This document shows, in pieces, positions 47,544 through 62,387 of a DNA stretch of 64,000 bases. Position 1 is the stretch's first letter. Every line of letters begins with the position of its first letter. The stretch comes from the human T2T-CHM13v2.0 reference genome, Homo sapiens. Location: NCBI RefSeq assembly GCF_009914755.1, contig NC_060947.1; one strand, 5' to 3'. The notes beneath the pieces are model-generated. The model was not told where the DNA came from, did no database searches, and worked only from the letters and a program-made list of their open reading frames with translations. The position numbers and the translations under genes are program-made.

Positions 47544-48075
47544 TGTATTAGTTATCTATGACCATGTAACAGATTACTCCAAAACTTAGTGGTTTTAAAC
47601 AAAAAACATTTATCAACTCCCAGTTTCTGTGGTTCAGAAATCCAGGAGTTGCTAGATGGGATCTTCTAACTCACAAGGCTGCAATCAAGATGTAAGCTGA
47701 ACTTGCAATTTCATCTTGGGAAGGATCAGCTTCTAAGCTCACTCACATGGTTGTCAGCAGGATTTAGTTTTCTGGGGACTGTTTGTTAGACTGAGGATGT
47801 CAAGTTCTTGCTGGCTGTTGGCCAGAGGCTTCCCTCAATTCCTTGCCACATGGACCTATTTGTAAGGCAGTTCACAACATGGCAGTTTGCTTCTCTCAAA
47901 GCGAGGACTCTCTGAGAGAGAGAGAGGACTAATCTCAGAAGGGACATCCTGTGACTTTTGCCATATCCTGCTAATTAAAAGCAAGTCACTAAATCCAGCC
48001 CACACTCAAGGGGAGGAGATTACACAAGGTCATGAATACCAGGAAGTAGGAACCACTGGGAGCCCTCTTAGAAAC
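47544..48075 (-). mobile_element. MaLR LTR (MLT1E/F-like)
   Basis: 'tgtattagttatctatg..aaaacttagtggttttaaacaa..cagtttctgtgg..aagcaagtcactaaatccagcccacactcaagggg'. Confidence 0.8.
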
Positions 48076-48107
48076 ACTTATTTAAAGGTCAATTAAATAG
48101 TAAATTA

Positions 48108-48400
48108 GGCTCACTCATGTAATCTCAGCACTTTGGGAGACCTAGGCAGGTGGATCACTTGAGGTCGGGAGTTTGAGATCAGCCTGACCATCATGGTGAA
48201 ACCCCATCTCTACTAAAAAAATACAAAATTAGCTGGCCATAGTGGCACACACCTGTAATCCCAGCTACTTGGGAGGCTGAGGCAGGAAAGTCGTTTGAAC
48301 TCAGGGGGCGGAGGTTGCAGTGAGTCAAGATAGCGCCAGTGCACTCCAGTTAGGGCAACAAGAGTGAAACTCTGTCTCAAAAAATAAAAAAATAAATAAA
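48108..48400 (+). mobile_element. AluS, slightly 5'-truncated
   Basis: Dimer with a (TAAA)n tail. Flanking TAAATTAG repeat. Confidence 0.9.
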
Positions 48401-48677
48401 TTAGTGATTTGTCAGTCAATGAATTATATTTGTCATGTATCTCCTCTATGTACATGGTAAATAGTGAAGTGTTCAGAGTACAAAATATGCTTAATTCTCT
48501 ACTAAAGCATTTGCCCTATCACATCCTGTTATCATATATAATCTATTTCTTTGTGTTCTTTAAATCTATAGTTATAGCATAGAGAAAGTAAAAGTTATTT
48601 GAGAACATGGAATGACTTATTCTAGGTAATCAAGTTGGGGAAGTATTCATGAGCACATAAATAGTAGGGAATTTATA

Positions 48678-48945
48678 GAGGCAATATAGTATAGAGCTTG
48701 ATGATATTGACTCAAGGAGTCAAGGAGTTTTAAATTCAAATCCCCACTCAGCCATTTGGTAGCTGTGTGACTTTGGGCCAATAAGTTAATTTCTCTTAAG
48801 TCTTGATTTATTTGCCTAAATAATGAGGGTTAAAATATTTCCTCAATCATATGATTATTGTAACGACTAAATGAAGACATATATTTAAAAAGAGGAGCAC
48901 TGGGCCAGACACATACTAAGTACTTAATAAATACCATGTTATTAT
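48678..48945 (+). mobile_element. MIR SINE
   Basis: 'ttcaaatccccactcagcca..tagctgtgtgactttggg..agttaatttctct'. Confidence 0.8.
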
Positions 48946-50434
48946 ATGATTTATTGGGATCCTGAAGTAGGATGGAGGTCACTAGATCACTTCTGTTTGA
49001 GGAATCTGGAATTAAGGGTTCATTCTACTATTAGTTAGAACTCCTGGGAATATAATATCATATTTTCCTTTATTTTCCCCATTGTATGAAGAGTTTGATT
49101 GTGCTTTAATGTCCTCTAAGAATATGTTTCAGTTTTTACTCTCACATATAACTTCTTCTGGGGGTCAATTTTTATAGTTTTGACATATTCCTTAGCAAAA
49201 AACCACCATTATCGTTTTATGGTGACCCATTTTCGGGTAAATATGATGTATTAGAGGAAGAATCCTGCCTCCACCAAGCTTGAAGAGTGATTTATGTACA
49301 ATGACAGGTTAAAATTAGCTAGTTTTCCACACTGATATAAAACGGGTACTGGAAATTTTGTTCTTCCTGGTCCCTGACTCTGCTCACTTAAAAGGTGATT
49401 TATTCTGATTCACTTCTCTATTTTTTCTGACTTTGCCATTATTTTCTCATGAGCAGACATCACTTCAAGTTTTCTTAATGCTTTTGTCCGAGATGGGGGC
49501 AATTCTCTGGAAATCACTAGCCAAGCCTTCTTGAGCTTATTTTGATGAGGCTGTGTTTATTACCTGCAGCAGAGTCCAGTGTTTAGATTCTCTACTGAGT
49601 TTACTTCAGCCCTGATTTGGGGATTTTTTTTTTTTTGCCCCATTCTTCCTCTACTACTTCCCTCATGCTTTCACTGCATCTGGTACCAACGAGAGTGCAC
49701 TGGTGGAACTAAGAGCCCCTGATGTGCTATACCTTCCCAGGAACCTGGTAACTTCACATTCCTGTTTATTTGCTCCTCCGAGTTCTTATTAGTTTGATGC
49801 CTTTGGTTGCCTAGGGAATAGGAAATAATACGTGTTTTGATTGATAGCCTTGAGTTGTAACAGATAATTGATACGGCTCATCCTCAGCCAGTTACTGACA
49901 CCCAAACCATAGTTTTGTATGACAAGAATAGTATCTCGTTAAAAGAAAAGAACACTGGATATCAGCAGGTTACTTTTGCAGATACCCTTTCAGGTATTCC
50001 TTGAAAACAACTGAACTAGGCTTTCACCCTGAAACTTGAGTAAACTCTGTGTTTAACATTGCTGAAGAGTTTAAAACCAGCCAACCTCTTACTCTCTTCT
50101 GCTAAGAGATTTTTACCCTATGTGGATTCAAATAGGGTGATGGGGGTGCCAAAGGAGTCAACAGTTACTGAATGCTAACTGCTTCCCAGGCTCTGAGCCT
50201 AGTACTTAACCAGGTTAGCTCATCTAATTCTCACAAGAACATTAAGAAATATGTATTACTAGCCTCATAATACAAATGGAAAAATTGAGGCCCCGAAAAG
50301 CTCCAGAATTACACATACATCATTGATCTAGGATTTAATCTCATCTCTTACTAAATCTCAAGGTTATTCCTACTATGCTGACCAAAAGAGCCCTCTACAG
50401 GTTGCTATGGTTGAGGCCCAGCTACATGTCACAA

Positions 50435-50622
50435 TAATAATAGTTAAAATCTATATAGCACCTCCTAAGTTTTAACCAATTAAATCCTCATAACAATACT
50501 GTGAGGTAGTCATTATCTCTATTTTACAGATGAGGAAACTGAAGCATGCATTTCTCAACAACATAGAGCTTACAAGTGGCAAATCCAGAAGCTGAAGGCA
50601 GGTGGAATGGCTCCATAGTCTC
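50435..50622 (-). mobile_element. MIR SINE
   Basis: Core 'cattatctctattttacagatgaggaaactgaagca'. Confidence 0.75.
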
Positions 50623-50696
50623 AATAATGTACATAACCTTCTATACTCAGCAGCATATTTGATTAATTAATCAGGTCATTAGCAAATCCTCTTGCT

Positions 50697-50940
50697 TCAG
50701 TTATCTACTGCTACATAACAAACTACTCCAAAAACATAGAGGATTGAAAGAATCATTTTATTTTGTTCATGGTTTTATGAGCTGGGGATTCAGGAAGGGC
50801 TCAGTTGTGCGCTTCCTGACTCCATGTGGCATCGGTTGGGATGACTGGGGCTGAAGAATCTATTTCCAACATGACTTCACATATATGCCTGGTGCCTTTT
50901 TTTTCCCTGTGTACTCTCTCTCTCTCTCCATATGTCATTT
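50697..50940 (-). mobile_element. Old MLT1 LTR fragment
   Basis: 'tcagttatctactgctacataacaaactactccaaa..ttcaggaagggctcag'. Confidence 0.6.
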
Positions 50941-52457
50941 CAACTTCTATGCCACTGTCCAGCCTTGTAAAATTTTGTTATTGTTAATGCCCAAGAAAAT
51001 AATCTAGCAAGAGATATCCATTCTTGACCAAGATTTGAAATAATTTTCAAAAGAATATAAAATCTATTGAGGGCAAGGGCCGTAGATGAGACAAAGCTTA
51101 TTTTGTGAAATAGCAACAGACATAGACTTTTTGTCATTTGGACCGGCTTAACACAAATAAGTTTTCTGATCATATTGGGCACATATCAACCATCCCAGGG
51201 TGTGCAAGTGGGCTTAAATCTTCAAGAATATTGAATGCAGATTGTGCCTGAAGTTGGCCTCCCTTTGAAAGAATATGCTAATCAAAAGCTATTAAACTGA
51301 CTCCAGGGTCTGCAGAGCTGGTCACATGACCTGGTTTCAGCACTAACATGCCTCTGCACCATGTGATATTTTCCATAATGTGCTTTAGTGTCTATAGATT
51401 CAATATGGAGGTGTGTCTGCTGTGTTGAGTCTATGATGCTTCCAATCTTTTTTTGTAAAATGTATTTTGCTGATGTTTTTAGAATTTCCAAATATCTGTC
51501 AAAATAACAATGAGAATCTTTCTATGAATGCAGCACACTGCTATAATCTACATTAAATTTGGAGAATTAACTCTGCTACCATCCCTAACCATTTAGGTGT
51601 TTCAGTAAATATTTATCCCACATACTCATACTGTTTGCTACCGGATGTTATTACAAAAGAACGTAGCAAAAAAACTTCTGGGATGTGGCTCATCTATCAT
51701 ATTGGACATCAGTGTTCAAGCTATTACTACTGTTGGAATTATGTGTCTTCAGGAATTTTGTAACAGTGTTCTCAAGGCATGGTGTGAGAACCTAGGAGCT
51801 CACAAGGGTAAACAAATCCATTTCAGCTGGATCCAGATCTTGAACCACCACACATGAAGGATAGAAGCATACCTCTTTCTTTAAGCCTAAGATTAAATAT
51901 ATAGATCTTTAGCATCTAATCATACAAGGCATCTTTGAACAAAAGATGTTGTCCAAGCTTTCTTGGATGCACTGACTCTGCCTTCCATCATGCTCAATAA
52001 TGAGAATGAGTTTAATGTGATCATATGGGCTCTTTGAAGAACAGGACATCTAAGCAGCACTCACATCTTGTTTCTGGAGTGTGATAAACTCCTTGGTGTT
52101 CTTTCTGAGGGGAAGTATTACATGACTTAACCTCACCTGATGTTATCTCACCTGTTCTTTACCAATAATTAATACTAGTTACACTCAGTTATCAAGGACC
52201 TGTTTAAGTGTAGGACCTTTGGTTCCACCCTGAACTTGGCCATTGTTTCATTCTTGGATTCTGACTATGGCCGGGTGCTTTGATGAGGTCTGATCCAGGG
52301 ACCAATGGATAAAGACTTTGCTGAAGAAGTTAAGAAATCCTTAAAGAAGATTGCAATAAGCACATTAATATATCCCTGTTGAAAAGGAAAATGAAATACC
52401 AGAATACCATGGCTTCATATCACTGTGGCTGATATATACCCTACTCAATATATACCT

Positions 52458-52905
52458 GATGCAGGTCACGTTTGCAAGAACTAGACTCTGAGTCAGATAT
52501 TTGCCAGCAAGAGATTTATGGGGGAGTCCTTTTGGGATTAATAACTGGAAGATTGAATGAAGCAAGATTAAACAGAGGGCACTGTTGAATTGAGAAGCAA
52601 TTACAACAAAGGCCTCAGCCAATCGTATGGAGACCTGAAGACCTGGGATGGCCCTGAAGAACTTTCTCAAACTGGGGCAAGTGGGTCGAGTCTTCATACA
52701 CCCAGATATACCGATCACTGGGTATCAGTTCCCCCGCAGAAATGGAGCATGACTTTGGATGAGGCAGATCTCTTCAGCAGAAAGCAATTTCTAGAAAGAG
52801 TGAACAGCTAAAGGATGTATGTTGCCAACAATCCCAAAACCTGAGGGAGTGAGTACTTTAATCCTGAAGGCAGTATCTTAGCAGCATACCACAGCATCCT
52901 CTACA
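52458..52905 (-). mobile_element. ERVL LTR (LTR16A-like)
   Basis: 'agactctgagtcagatatttgccagcaagagatttatgggg..tgggatggccct..accacagcatcctctaca'. Confidence 0.65.
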
Positions 52906-53354
52906 GTGTTTATAACATATAAAGTAAGGAATTAAGGATATTTGAGTCTTCCCTGTTCTTAATCTGTACCAAGTTTTTATTCTTCAGACAATGCCTATTC
53001 CTGAGCTACTTCATGATACACTGAAAAAGACATTTCATGAATGTCAAGCAGTTGTTGATTTCTCAGCCTATTAGTGCTCTTTCATGAATATATATTATTT
53101 TTTCTTACAACTCATGCTTCACATTAGGGGAAAAACATGCCAAATAGTTCTAAGGTATTGATTGCATTCTACTCAAAAAACAATGTCTTCTGCATAACCA
53201 AAATCTTACACAAATTGAAAAATAAAGATCTTGCTATTACTTCAGGAATCAAATGCTTTATAAATATCTCTATCGTCATGTCTTAACAATTTTTAATAAT
53301 CCACTTACTATTTTTTTCTAAGATAAGCCTTCTTTCTTTATTTCAATGTATTTA

Positions 53355-53590
53355 GTTCTATAATGTTTACTATATGCTGGTATTGTTCTAAGTGGTTAAC
53401 GTACAGTAATTTACTTAATTCTTACAATCACATGACTTAGGTAAAATTATTCAATTCATTTTACTGATGAGCATATCAAAGCATACAGAGGGATAAGTAA
53501 CTCACACAGCTGGTTAGTAGCAGCTGGGATTTCAACCCAGGCAGTCTGCCTCCAGGGCCCCTGCTCCTCGACACTATGCTATACTACCTT
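53355..53590 (-). mobile_element. MIR SINE
   Basis: 'cattttactgatgag..cacacagctggttagtagcagctgggatttcaacccaggcagtctgcctccag'. Confidence 0.8.
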
Positions 53591-54024
53591 TGTAATATCA
53601 TATGCTAACACCTTGTGTCTTCTGATACTTTATGGAATTATGGATGTGAAATCTTCATTTCTCACCTCTTGATGCATATGAAACACTATGTTAATCCTAT
53701 GGGATCCCAGACAATTCTCTTAAATGTATGTTTGTATATCTGATGTGTAGGGGGATGCAGTGGAGGCAAAATGGTGGTGATGGTGGTAAGGTTATCAGCA
53801 TGTAGTATGAGTGAAGGAGACAAGATTTTTGTATGTATAAAATGTATGTTATTTTAAGAGGCAGTAATCATATTATCATGTCAAGATTACAGCCTAGTCC
53901 TAGAATTTAATTACTCCTGATGAGAAAATTACCTTTAAGCAGTTCCATGCAGTCCAGATTAGTCAGGATAGCCTATCAAACTCATCTACTTTTCCATGTA
54001 AGGTTAATTAAGAAACGTTAATCA

Positions 54025-54486
<462 letters not shown>

Positions 54487-55524
54487 TTAAATGTCACAGA
54501 TATGCACCAGTTATTGTAACAGATATTGCCAGCTACAATCATTCCTAATGCTGATGCCCTATGTACCTCTCTTATGTTATGCATTTTGGAAAACTTTCTC
54601 AGAACCTTCATCAAAACTAGTGCAGCTTCCAAAAGCATGGGCAAAGAGAGTTTTCATTGCTTCATTGGCCACTCCCACCTTAACCCTGAAGCCAGTCTTG
54701 CCATGTGACTAATGAGGCAGCCTCACAAGAATTATTTTCAGGCTCTGTATTCTGTCTCAGCTGCAGAATTGTGGGCTAATAGGAATGGTGCAGAAGCTGC
54801 TTTGCCCAAACTACTCTCCAATCTCCTCTCGGTGTTGCAAAATCAACAAAGCTGTTTCCTGCCTAGATAAGTATGGGCAGAGAATCTGGGCTGCACATGG
54901 TCTAAAATCACGGAAGCAATTCTCATAGGTGGGTATGACAACAGAAGAACTAAGATTGTTTTTTGGAACTTATTTTCTAGCCATGCACCCTGTACATTCC
55001 CCAAACCATGTGTTGAGTCATATTCACTAATATCATAGGGGCCAAAGTGAAGAAATCTTGTATCTCCATATTCACTAGTGTAACAGATGACCTCGAATCA
55101 ACCAGTTAGAAGGCAGGCTTAAAAGGGGTCCTCCTTGTTTATTAAAGTGGGGTTCCTGGGGCCACAGAGCATCCGTGGTCTTGTTACCAGACATCTGTAA
55201 GCATATTAATGCAAATTTACTAACTCTACATTTAGATTTTGATAATATAAATATATTCAATTAAGCATAGTCTTTATAATGCCACCAACCAATTAATGTG
55301 GTCTGTTACTGTATTTCAATACCTGTGTGTGTATAATTAGGTTTACTATCTCATTACTGTTAAATAATATCACTTTACTGTTATTACCTAATTTTTGAAG
55401 ATGAAGTAGATGTAATATATAAAAGATATCATTATCCTCCAGTAAAAGACAAATGACCTAACAGCCAACACAGTAAGAGCAGAGGTTTTACATTAGTTTG
55501 AAAAAGAGACAAGTCAAAAACAGG

Positions 55525-55933
55525 CTTACCTCAGCCTCAGAGCCTTTGCACCCACTGTTCCCTCTGACTGGAACACTGAGCCTTCCTCACCCAGTAACAC
55601 CCAAATACTCACTCTTTCACCTGCTTCAAGTTTTCTCTACAAATACCACCTTCTCCATGAGGCCTTTCCTAAATTACAAATTGCAGCTCCCTTTTCTCAA
55701 ATCTCCCTTCTCTAGATTTTTTCTCCTTAGCACTCAATATCATCTGACACACTACATATTTCACTTATTTATTTGGTTTTCTATCTATCTTATAACACTA
55801 GAATGTAAGCTTCATGAAGATGGGGAATTTTATTTTGCTCACAGATATATTTGCAGCACCTAGAAAAGCATCATTAGGAATAATAGGTGCTCAACCAGTG
55901 CTTGTCAAATGAACAAACACATGAATGAATGAA
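55525..55933 (+). mobile_element. L2a 3' end
   Basis: 'cctcagagcctttgcac..ctagaatgtaagcttcatga..taggtgctcaa..atgaatgaatgaa'. Confidence 0.85.
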
Positions 55934-56104
55934 GATTTAAACTGTAAATACCAGTTTGCCTTTATTATCATCTTATTTGTCACATAAATGTCATTAATTT
56001 GTATTTTGTCACTTCCTAGTTTTGCTTACTTTTCATTTGGAAATCTATTTTTAATTTATACTGGTGTAATGACAATACATATAAGCAGCTTATTATACCT
56101 AAGT

Positions 56105-56516
56105 GATGTAGCTTGGATATTTGTCCCCTCCGAATCTCATGCTGAAATGTAATCCCCAGTGTTGGAGGTGGGACCTGGTGAGAGGTGTTTGGATCATGGG
56201 GGTGGAACCCTCATGAATGGCTAGGTGCCACCTCCTTGGTGTTAAGTGAGTTCTCACTCTGAGTTCACAGGCGCTCTGGTCATTTAAAAGTGTGTGCACC
56301 TCCCCCATCTCTCTCTTGTTCTTGTCCTCACCATGTGAGATGCCTGCTTCCCTTTCCATCATGATTGTAAGCTTCCTCAGGCCCTCACCAGAAGCAAATG
56401 CAGGCACTACACTTCTAGTACTGTCTGTAGAACCATGAGCCAATCAAACCTCTTTTCTTTATAAATTACCCAGCCTCAGGTATTACTTTATAGCAATGCA
56501 AAAACGGCCTACCACA
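56105..56516 (+). mobile_element. MaLR solo LTR (MSTA/B)
   Basis: 'tgatgtagcttggatatttgtcccc..aatgtaatccccagtgttggaggtggg..ataaattacccagcctcagg'. Confidence 0.9.
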
Positions 56517-57835
56517 TCTAGTGCTTGTTCCTACATGTTTAAATAACACAAGAAGAAATAGTAAAGATAACACTTACATGCAGTCTTTCTTCCCCTTTAA
56601 AAGATATTTGTATGTTGTCCAAATTTAAAAAACTATGTTGGATAAGAAGATTGTTGGCTACTGAGTCATCAGGAAGGGATCCTGTTTGCTGGGGCACTCC
56701 GCGATTCCATCTTTGTGTTTGATCTTTCAAGTTCCTCCTGCCTCCCTGCACCCTACCTTGGGCAGCAAAAATTGTACAAAACAAGAAGTGGGATGTGGGC
56801 TGTTGAGTAGCATCTTTACAGAAAAATAAAGTACTGTTATGGAAGTCAGCTTCTCCCCTGCACATTAGTGTTACTCAAAAATTGCAACAGCTTTAAGAAT
56901 CCATCTTTTAAATAAGATCTCATTTCTCTGAAATTGTAGCTATTGTAAAGCACATTCAGAGGTTTATATAGTAGTGTGTATTTTCCCCCTTAAGTTGATG
57001 GTTGTGACTATTAGGCAGTTGTTGAATGTACCAAAAAATCAATTGTTCTGGGGATGATTTCTCCACCAATTGTTCAATCCCAAAGTGTCTTGATGGTGCT
57101 AGCTCAGTGCTTCAAATGATTGCTAAGCTCTTTTATCAGCCATTTCTTTGATTATTCCAGAAGGCTCAGGACAGTACTTTCAGATACAGAAGGAATTCTA
57201 TAATTTTAAAGGTATTTTATAAATAGGCTTTTTCAGCCTCAATCTTAGAGGTGGATATAAAACACTGTATTCTGGGGTTTAGAACACTCTCCCTCTGCTC
57301 ACCCCTTATCCCTGTGTCAACCATGGATATACCACAGACAGAAATACTTAAATCTTTCATTTAGCTACAAAACAATAATGATTTTGGAGCTTAAGCCTCA
57401 GAAATATGAGTAAGAAATCCAACCATCACAAAATCGCAGAGAAAAGAGAAAAGAGGATATTTTAGTTCATATGTAGAAAGTATAGATTACAGACAGGAAA
57501 ATTCCTCTTTCTCTTCTTCTCCTGAACACACAAAATATCTATTGCTATAGGATTCTGTAGCTAAAGAAAAATAAAATCAACCTTAGGGAAAAATTATTCC
57601 CACATGGTCCTGATCATTATACGGCATCTTTCTGCCACTTAGACATTCACGCTTTATTGTGTGCATTATCTTAGTACTGCATCAAATGCCAAAAAAAAGC
57701 ACGATTAAAAAAAAAAAAAAGCACGATTACACTATCTCCTTTTAGAAGTGTGATGTTGGATCCCATGTGTCCAGTGGGAGCCTCCTGTCCTCTTCCTTCA
57801 AGAGTACTCCTGGTACAGGTAGCCAGCATAATGTA

Positions 57836-58936
57836 TAGTTGGCTCTCTGTATCCCTGTATTCTGCATTGTCAGATTCTACCAGCCACGGATCAAAAATAT
57901 TTGAAAAGGTACACTGTTGCTGGGAATGTAAATGAGTAAAACCACTATGGAGAACAGTTAGGAGGTTCCTCAAAACAACTAGAAATAGAGCTACCATACA
58001 ATCTAGCAATCCTGCTGCTAGGTATATACCCAAAAGAAAGGAAACCAGTAAATCGAAGAGATATCTGCAGGCCCATGTTTGTTGCAGCTCTGTTCACAAT
58101 AGCCAATATTTGGAAGCAACTTATGTGTTCATCAACAGATGAATGGATAGAGTAAATGTACTTATACACAATGGAGTACTATTCAGCCATAAAAAAAGAA
58201 TGAGATCCTGTCATTTGCAACAACATGGATGGAACTGGAGGTCATTATGTTAAGTGAGATAAGCCAGGTACAGAAAGACAAACATCACATGTTCTCACTT
58301 ACTTGTGGGAACTAAAAATAAAAACAACTGAACTCACAGACATAGAGGATAGAAGGATGGTTACCAGAGGCTGGGAAGGGTAGTTGGGAGTGGGGGTGGG
58401 AAGTTGGGATGGTTAATGGGTACAAAAAAAATGGAAAAAATGAATAAGACCTAGTAATTGCTAGAACAACAGAGGGAAAACAGTCAATAATAATTTAATT
58501 GTACATTTTAAAATAACTAAAAGAGTATAATTGCATTGTTTGCAACACAAAGGATAAATGCTTGAGATGATGGGAACCCCATTTTCCATGATGTGATTGT
58601 TACATATTGCATGCTGTGTCAAGGTATCTCATGTATACTATAAATAGATACACCTACTATGTACTCACAAAAATTAAAAAATAAAAAAATTTGAAACAAA
58701 TATTTAAAAATAATAATACAAATAAAACCAATATAATATAACAACTATTTACATAGCATTTACATTGTATTACATATGATAAATAATGTAAAGGTGATTT
58801 AAAATATCTAGAGGAATGTTCATAGGTTATAAAAAAAAATACTATGTAGTTTTATATCAGGTACTTTCACATCCATGGATTCTGGCATCCAAGGGGGTCC
58901 TGAAACCAATACCCCATGGATACCAAGGGATTACTG
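57836..58936. mobile_element. MER2-family Tigger MITE split by an L1MA insertion
   Basis: Ends 'tagttggctctctgtatcc' and 'ggataccaagggattactg' with TA flanks. Internal 'aactatttacatagcatttacattgtatta'. Confidence 0.8.
57908..58690 (+). mobile_element. L1MA (about L1MA2/3) 3' fragment
   Basis: 'aatggagtactattcagccataaaaaaagaatgagatcctgtcatttgcaacaacatggatggaactggagg..cacaaaggataaatgcttgag'. TSD-like AAATATTTGAAAA / AAATATTTAAAAA. Confidence 0.88.
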
Positions 58937-59294
58937 TATACTTTTACCTCAATGCTTCCCCTTTCTCAGTCTCCCGTAGAGAGCATGGGTCTCATTTAAC
59001 TGCTTCACTTAACTCCCAGTCCACCTATGTCGTTATCCTAACCATACAATTACTTACAGCAAACAGATATGGGCAACTCATATCCATCTGTGAAAGTCTT
59101 ATTATGTGCAAAGCTTTTTGCAAACATGCTTCCTTTTTATTGTCTAATAGGATCTAACACATGAATCACACATTCTCATTGAACATTCTTGTCGAACATT
59201 TCTAATCACATTTTCCTAAAAATGTCTTTGCACTTGGCAGTAGCATTTCAATACCCTTCCTGTTGCCCAAAGGAATGATCAAATGTATACCTGA

Positions 59295-59568
<274 letters not shown>

Positions 59569-59631
59569 TAACACTCACCAGAGGTTCATCTTGTCACTAA
59601 ACCAATCCTCTTAGCCATGTCTTCTAGGATG

Positions 59632-60145
59632 CTACATTAGTTATCTATTGCTGTATAGCAATATTACCACAAACTTAACAGCTTCAAACAATACACACTT
59701 AATATCTCACAGTTTCTGTGAGTCAGAGATTCTACATGACTTAGCTAGGTTCTACGTGTCATGGTCTCTCAGAGGCGTGGGTGTTGTCCAGGGCCAGAGT
59801 CTCATCTGAGGCTTGAATGCAGAAGAATCTGCTTCCAAGTGCATGTGGTTGTGGCAGGATTCAGTTCCTTGAGGAATGTTCACCGGAGGCCACCCTCAGT
59901 TCCTTACCATGTGGGTCTTTCTAACATGGTAGTTTGATTTTATCAGAACCAGGAAGAAAAAGAATCTGCTAGGATGACAGAGTCACAACTGTATGTAGTC
60001 TAATCATGTAAATGACATCCCATCACCTTTGCCATACACTATCGGTTGGAAGAAAGTCACACATCACTTTCATACTCAAGTGGAGGGGATCATACCAAGA
60101 TGTGATAGTGAGGCAGGGATAATTTGGAACCATCTGTCCACCACA
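59632..60145 (-). mobile_element. MaLR LTR (MLT1E-like)
   Basis: 'ttagttatctattgctgta..tatctcacagtttctgtgagtcag..catcacctttgccata..tctgtccaccaca'. Confidence 0.8.
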
Positions 60146-60195
60146 GATGCTCCACAACCAAAAAATGATCTCTCAAACTTTACTAATAGAAATTA

Positions 60196-60507
<312 letters not shown>

Positions 60508-60534
60508 TTAGCACATTTGCCAAATAACATTAGT

Positions 60535-60985
60535 TGTAGCAGATACTATTGATATCACCTTCATATTCCCCTAGACTCAACCAATTTTAGTGCACCCTGG
60601 CTGACTTCCAACTGCTAGCTTCTGTATCTCTGTGCTTGAAGCCTTCTCTTGTGGCAGGAGACTCCCCTGTCTATGCACACCGTTGGTTGCAAGTGAGGTA
60701 GAATAAACACTCCCTGAGAGAAGTCCTTAATCAATGCCTGATGGGATCTGGTGGATAAATACCCCAGCTCTCTTGCCCCTTGGTTGGAATAACTGAGGTG
60801 TGTCCTATACTGCCCCACAGAGTACCCCAGATGGATTGCTCTCCGGTTGCCCATATGCTAACTAGCTTGATAATACATCTGTGGTTGGCTGCCTGCCCTG
60901 CTGTGTTTCTCTTCCCCCATTATTCTCTGGAATTTCTTGGGATCACCTCCCAAGTAAACTACTTGCATGCTGACCTTTCTCTCTG
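60535..60985 (+). mobile_element. ERVL LTR (LTR16-like)
   Basis: 'tgtagcagatact..ggtggataaataccccagctc..gggatcacctcccaagtaaactacttgca'. Confidence 0.7.
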
Positions 60986-62387
60986 TAATCTAAGCCACCA
61001 GTAGTTTCCTGCCATTTCTCGGGGCATTGGGCTGGGATGGAGCATCAAGGACAAGGCGTGTTTTAGAAATACAATTTCAGGAACTTTGTGATTAAAAAAA
61101 AAAAACGTAGTACAGTGTTGGTTTCATGCAAAATGATAAACCTGCCCCTCATTTCATTCTCCAAACTTGCTTCTCCTCTCTTCTGTTAAGTAGGATCTTG
61201 AAGTTGCCTTTGACATTTACAGCCAGTGTGAATTTTAACAAAGTGCATATGTAAGCCCGACTTCTTAAAACAATCTTCAAGAAACCTCGCTGCTCTGCCG
61301 AAAATGCACAATGAGCAGAATTAGCAGCTGTTATCTGCTTCCACCTCTAGAAAGTCCCCCAGCTTCCCATGGGTTCAGTGTGGATTTTTCCCAGTGCTCT
61401 GTACCCAAAAAGAACCTAAGAGGCATCAAGTAATAATCACATGATATGACTGCTTAGGCCACCTGTGTTCAGCAACCTTGGCTAAAAGCCTCAGGGGGCC
61501 AAACTATCCTCAGTGAGAATTCCTGACACTTGATACTGCTTGCAGAATCTGATCTTTCACTTTTTTTAGAAATACACAAAAACACATTAGAAATTGGTTA
61601 GTGAGGTCAAGAAAAGTGTTCTTTGAATAGGTGACATCTTGAAGAAATGGCTCATGGAAATCTTTTAGTTTTAATAGATTTAACACATACACAGTCATAT
61701 ACATGAAACACCCATGCATAGTGATATAATACATGTCCTATAATTTGGTACAATGCTCTGTAAAATATGCAGGCAAATCAGGCATTACTGTTCCATGTTA
61801 TAGTTGAGGTTACTGACCCTTATAAAGTCAGGCAGCTAGTAAATAATGCAGCCAGAGGTATCTCTTTCACTTATACTTGAAGGCCATACTTAATTTCCTC
61901 TAAATTTATCTCCTTTTCCTTCAAGTCTACTGTTACTTAAACCATGATACTGCTAGGGGATGAGAGGAAAAGAACGGAAGGGAAGGGGAGTGGAGAGAAG
62001 GGGAGGGGGGCAGGAGGGGAGGGAAATCAATAGAAAGAGAGAAAAATAGTAGGGTCCTTTTTATTAAAAAAGGAGAGAAAACAGAGTGATATGGGAAGAT
62101 AGAGGAGTTGGAAAACTACATTTTCCTCCCTTCAAAATTATATGTACTAGGCTCAGTTTGTGTGCCTTGCCAGAGCTTTACTCTGTCTGCTTTCTGTTTA
62201 GAGTGGCCCTAGCAATAGCTTGCCTTGTCCCTGTCATCATGGAGCCAAGTAGGTTATTGCTGCTGCCCTGTCCACTGTTAGAGATTAACTAGTTAAAAAA
62301 AAGATCATCCTATCTGTGCCCTGGATGATGTGGACCCATAGGACTGTGGCTTTCCCAACAGCTGATAAGAGCAATCCTGTGCTGGGA

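Noticed and set aside
51320-51331. GGTCACATGACC as an oestrogen response element
   Set aside because: The spacer is 2 nt rather than 3. The MITF/TFE-like core alone is too short to support a call.
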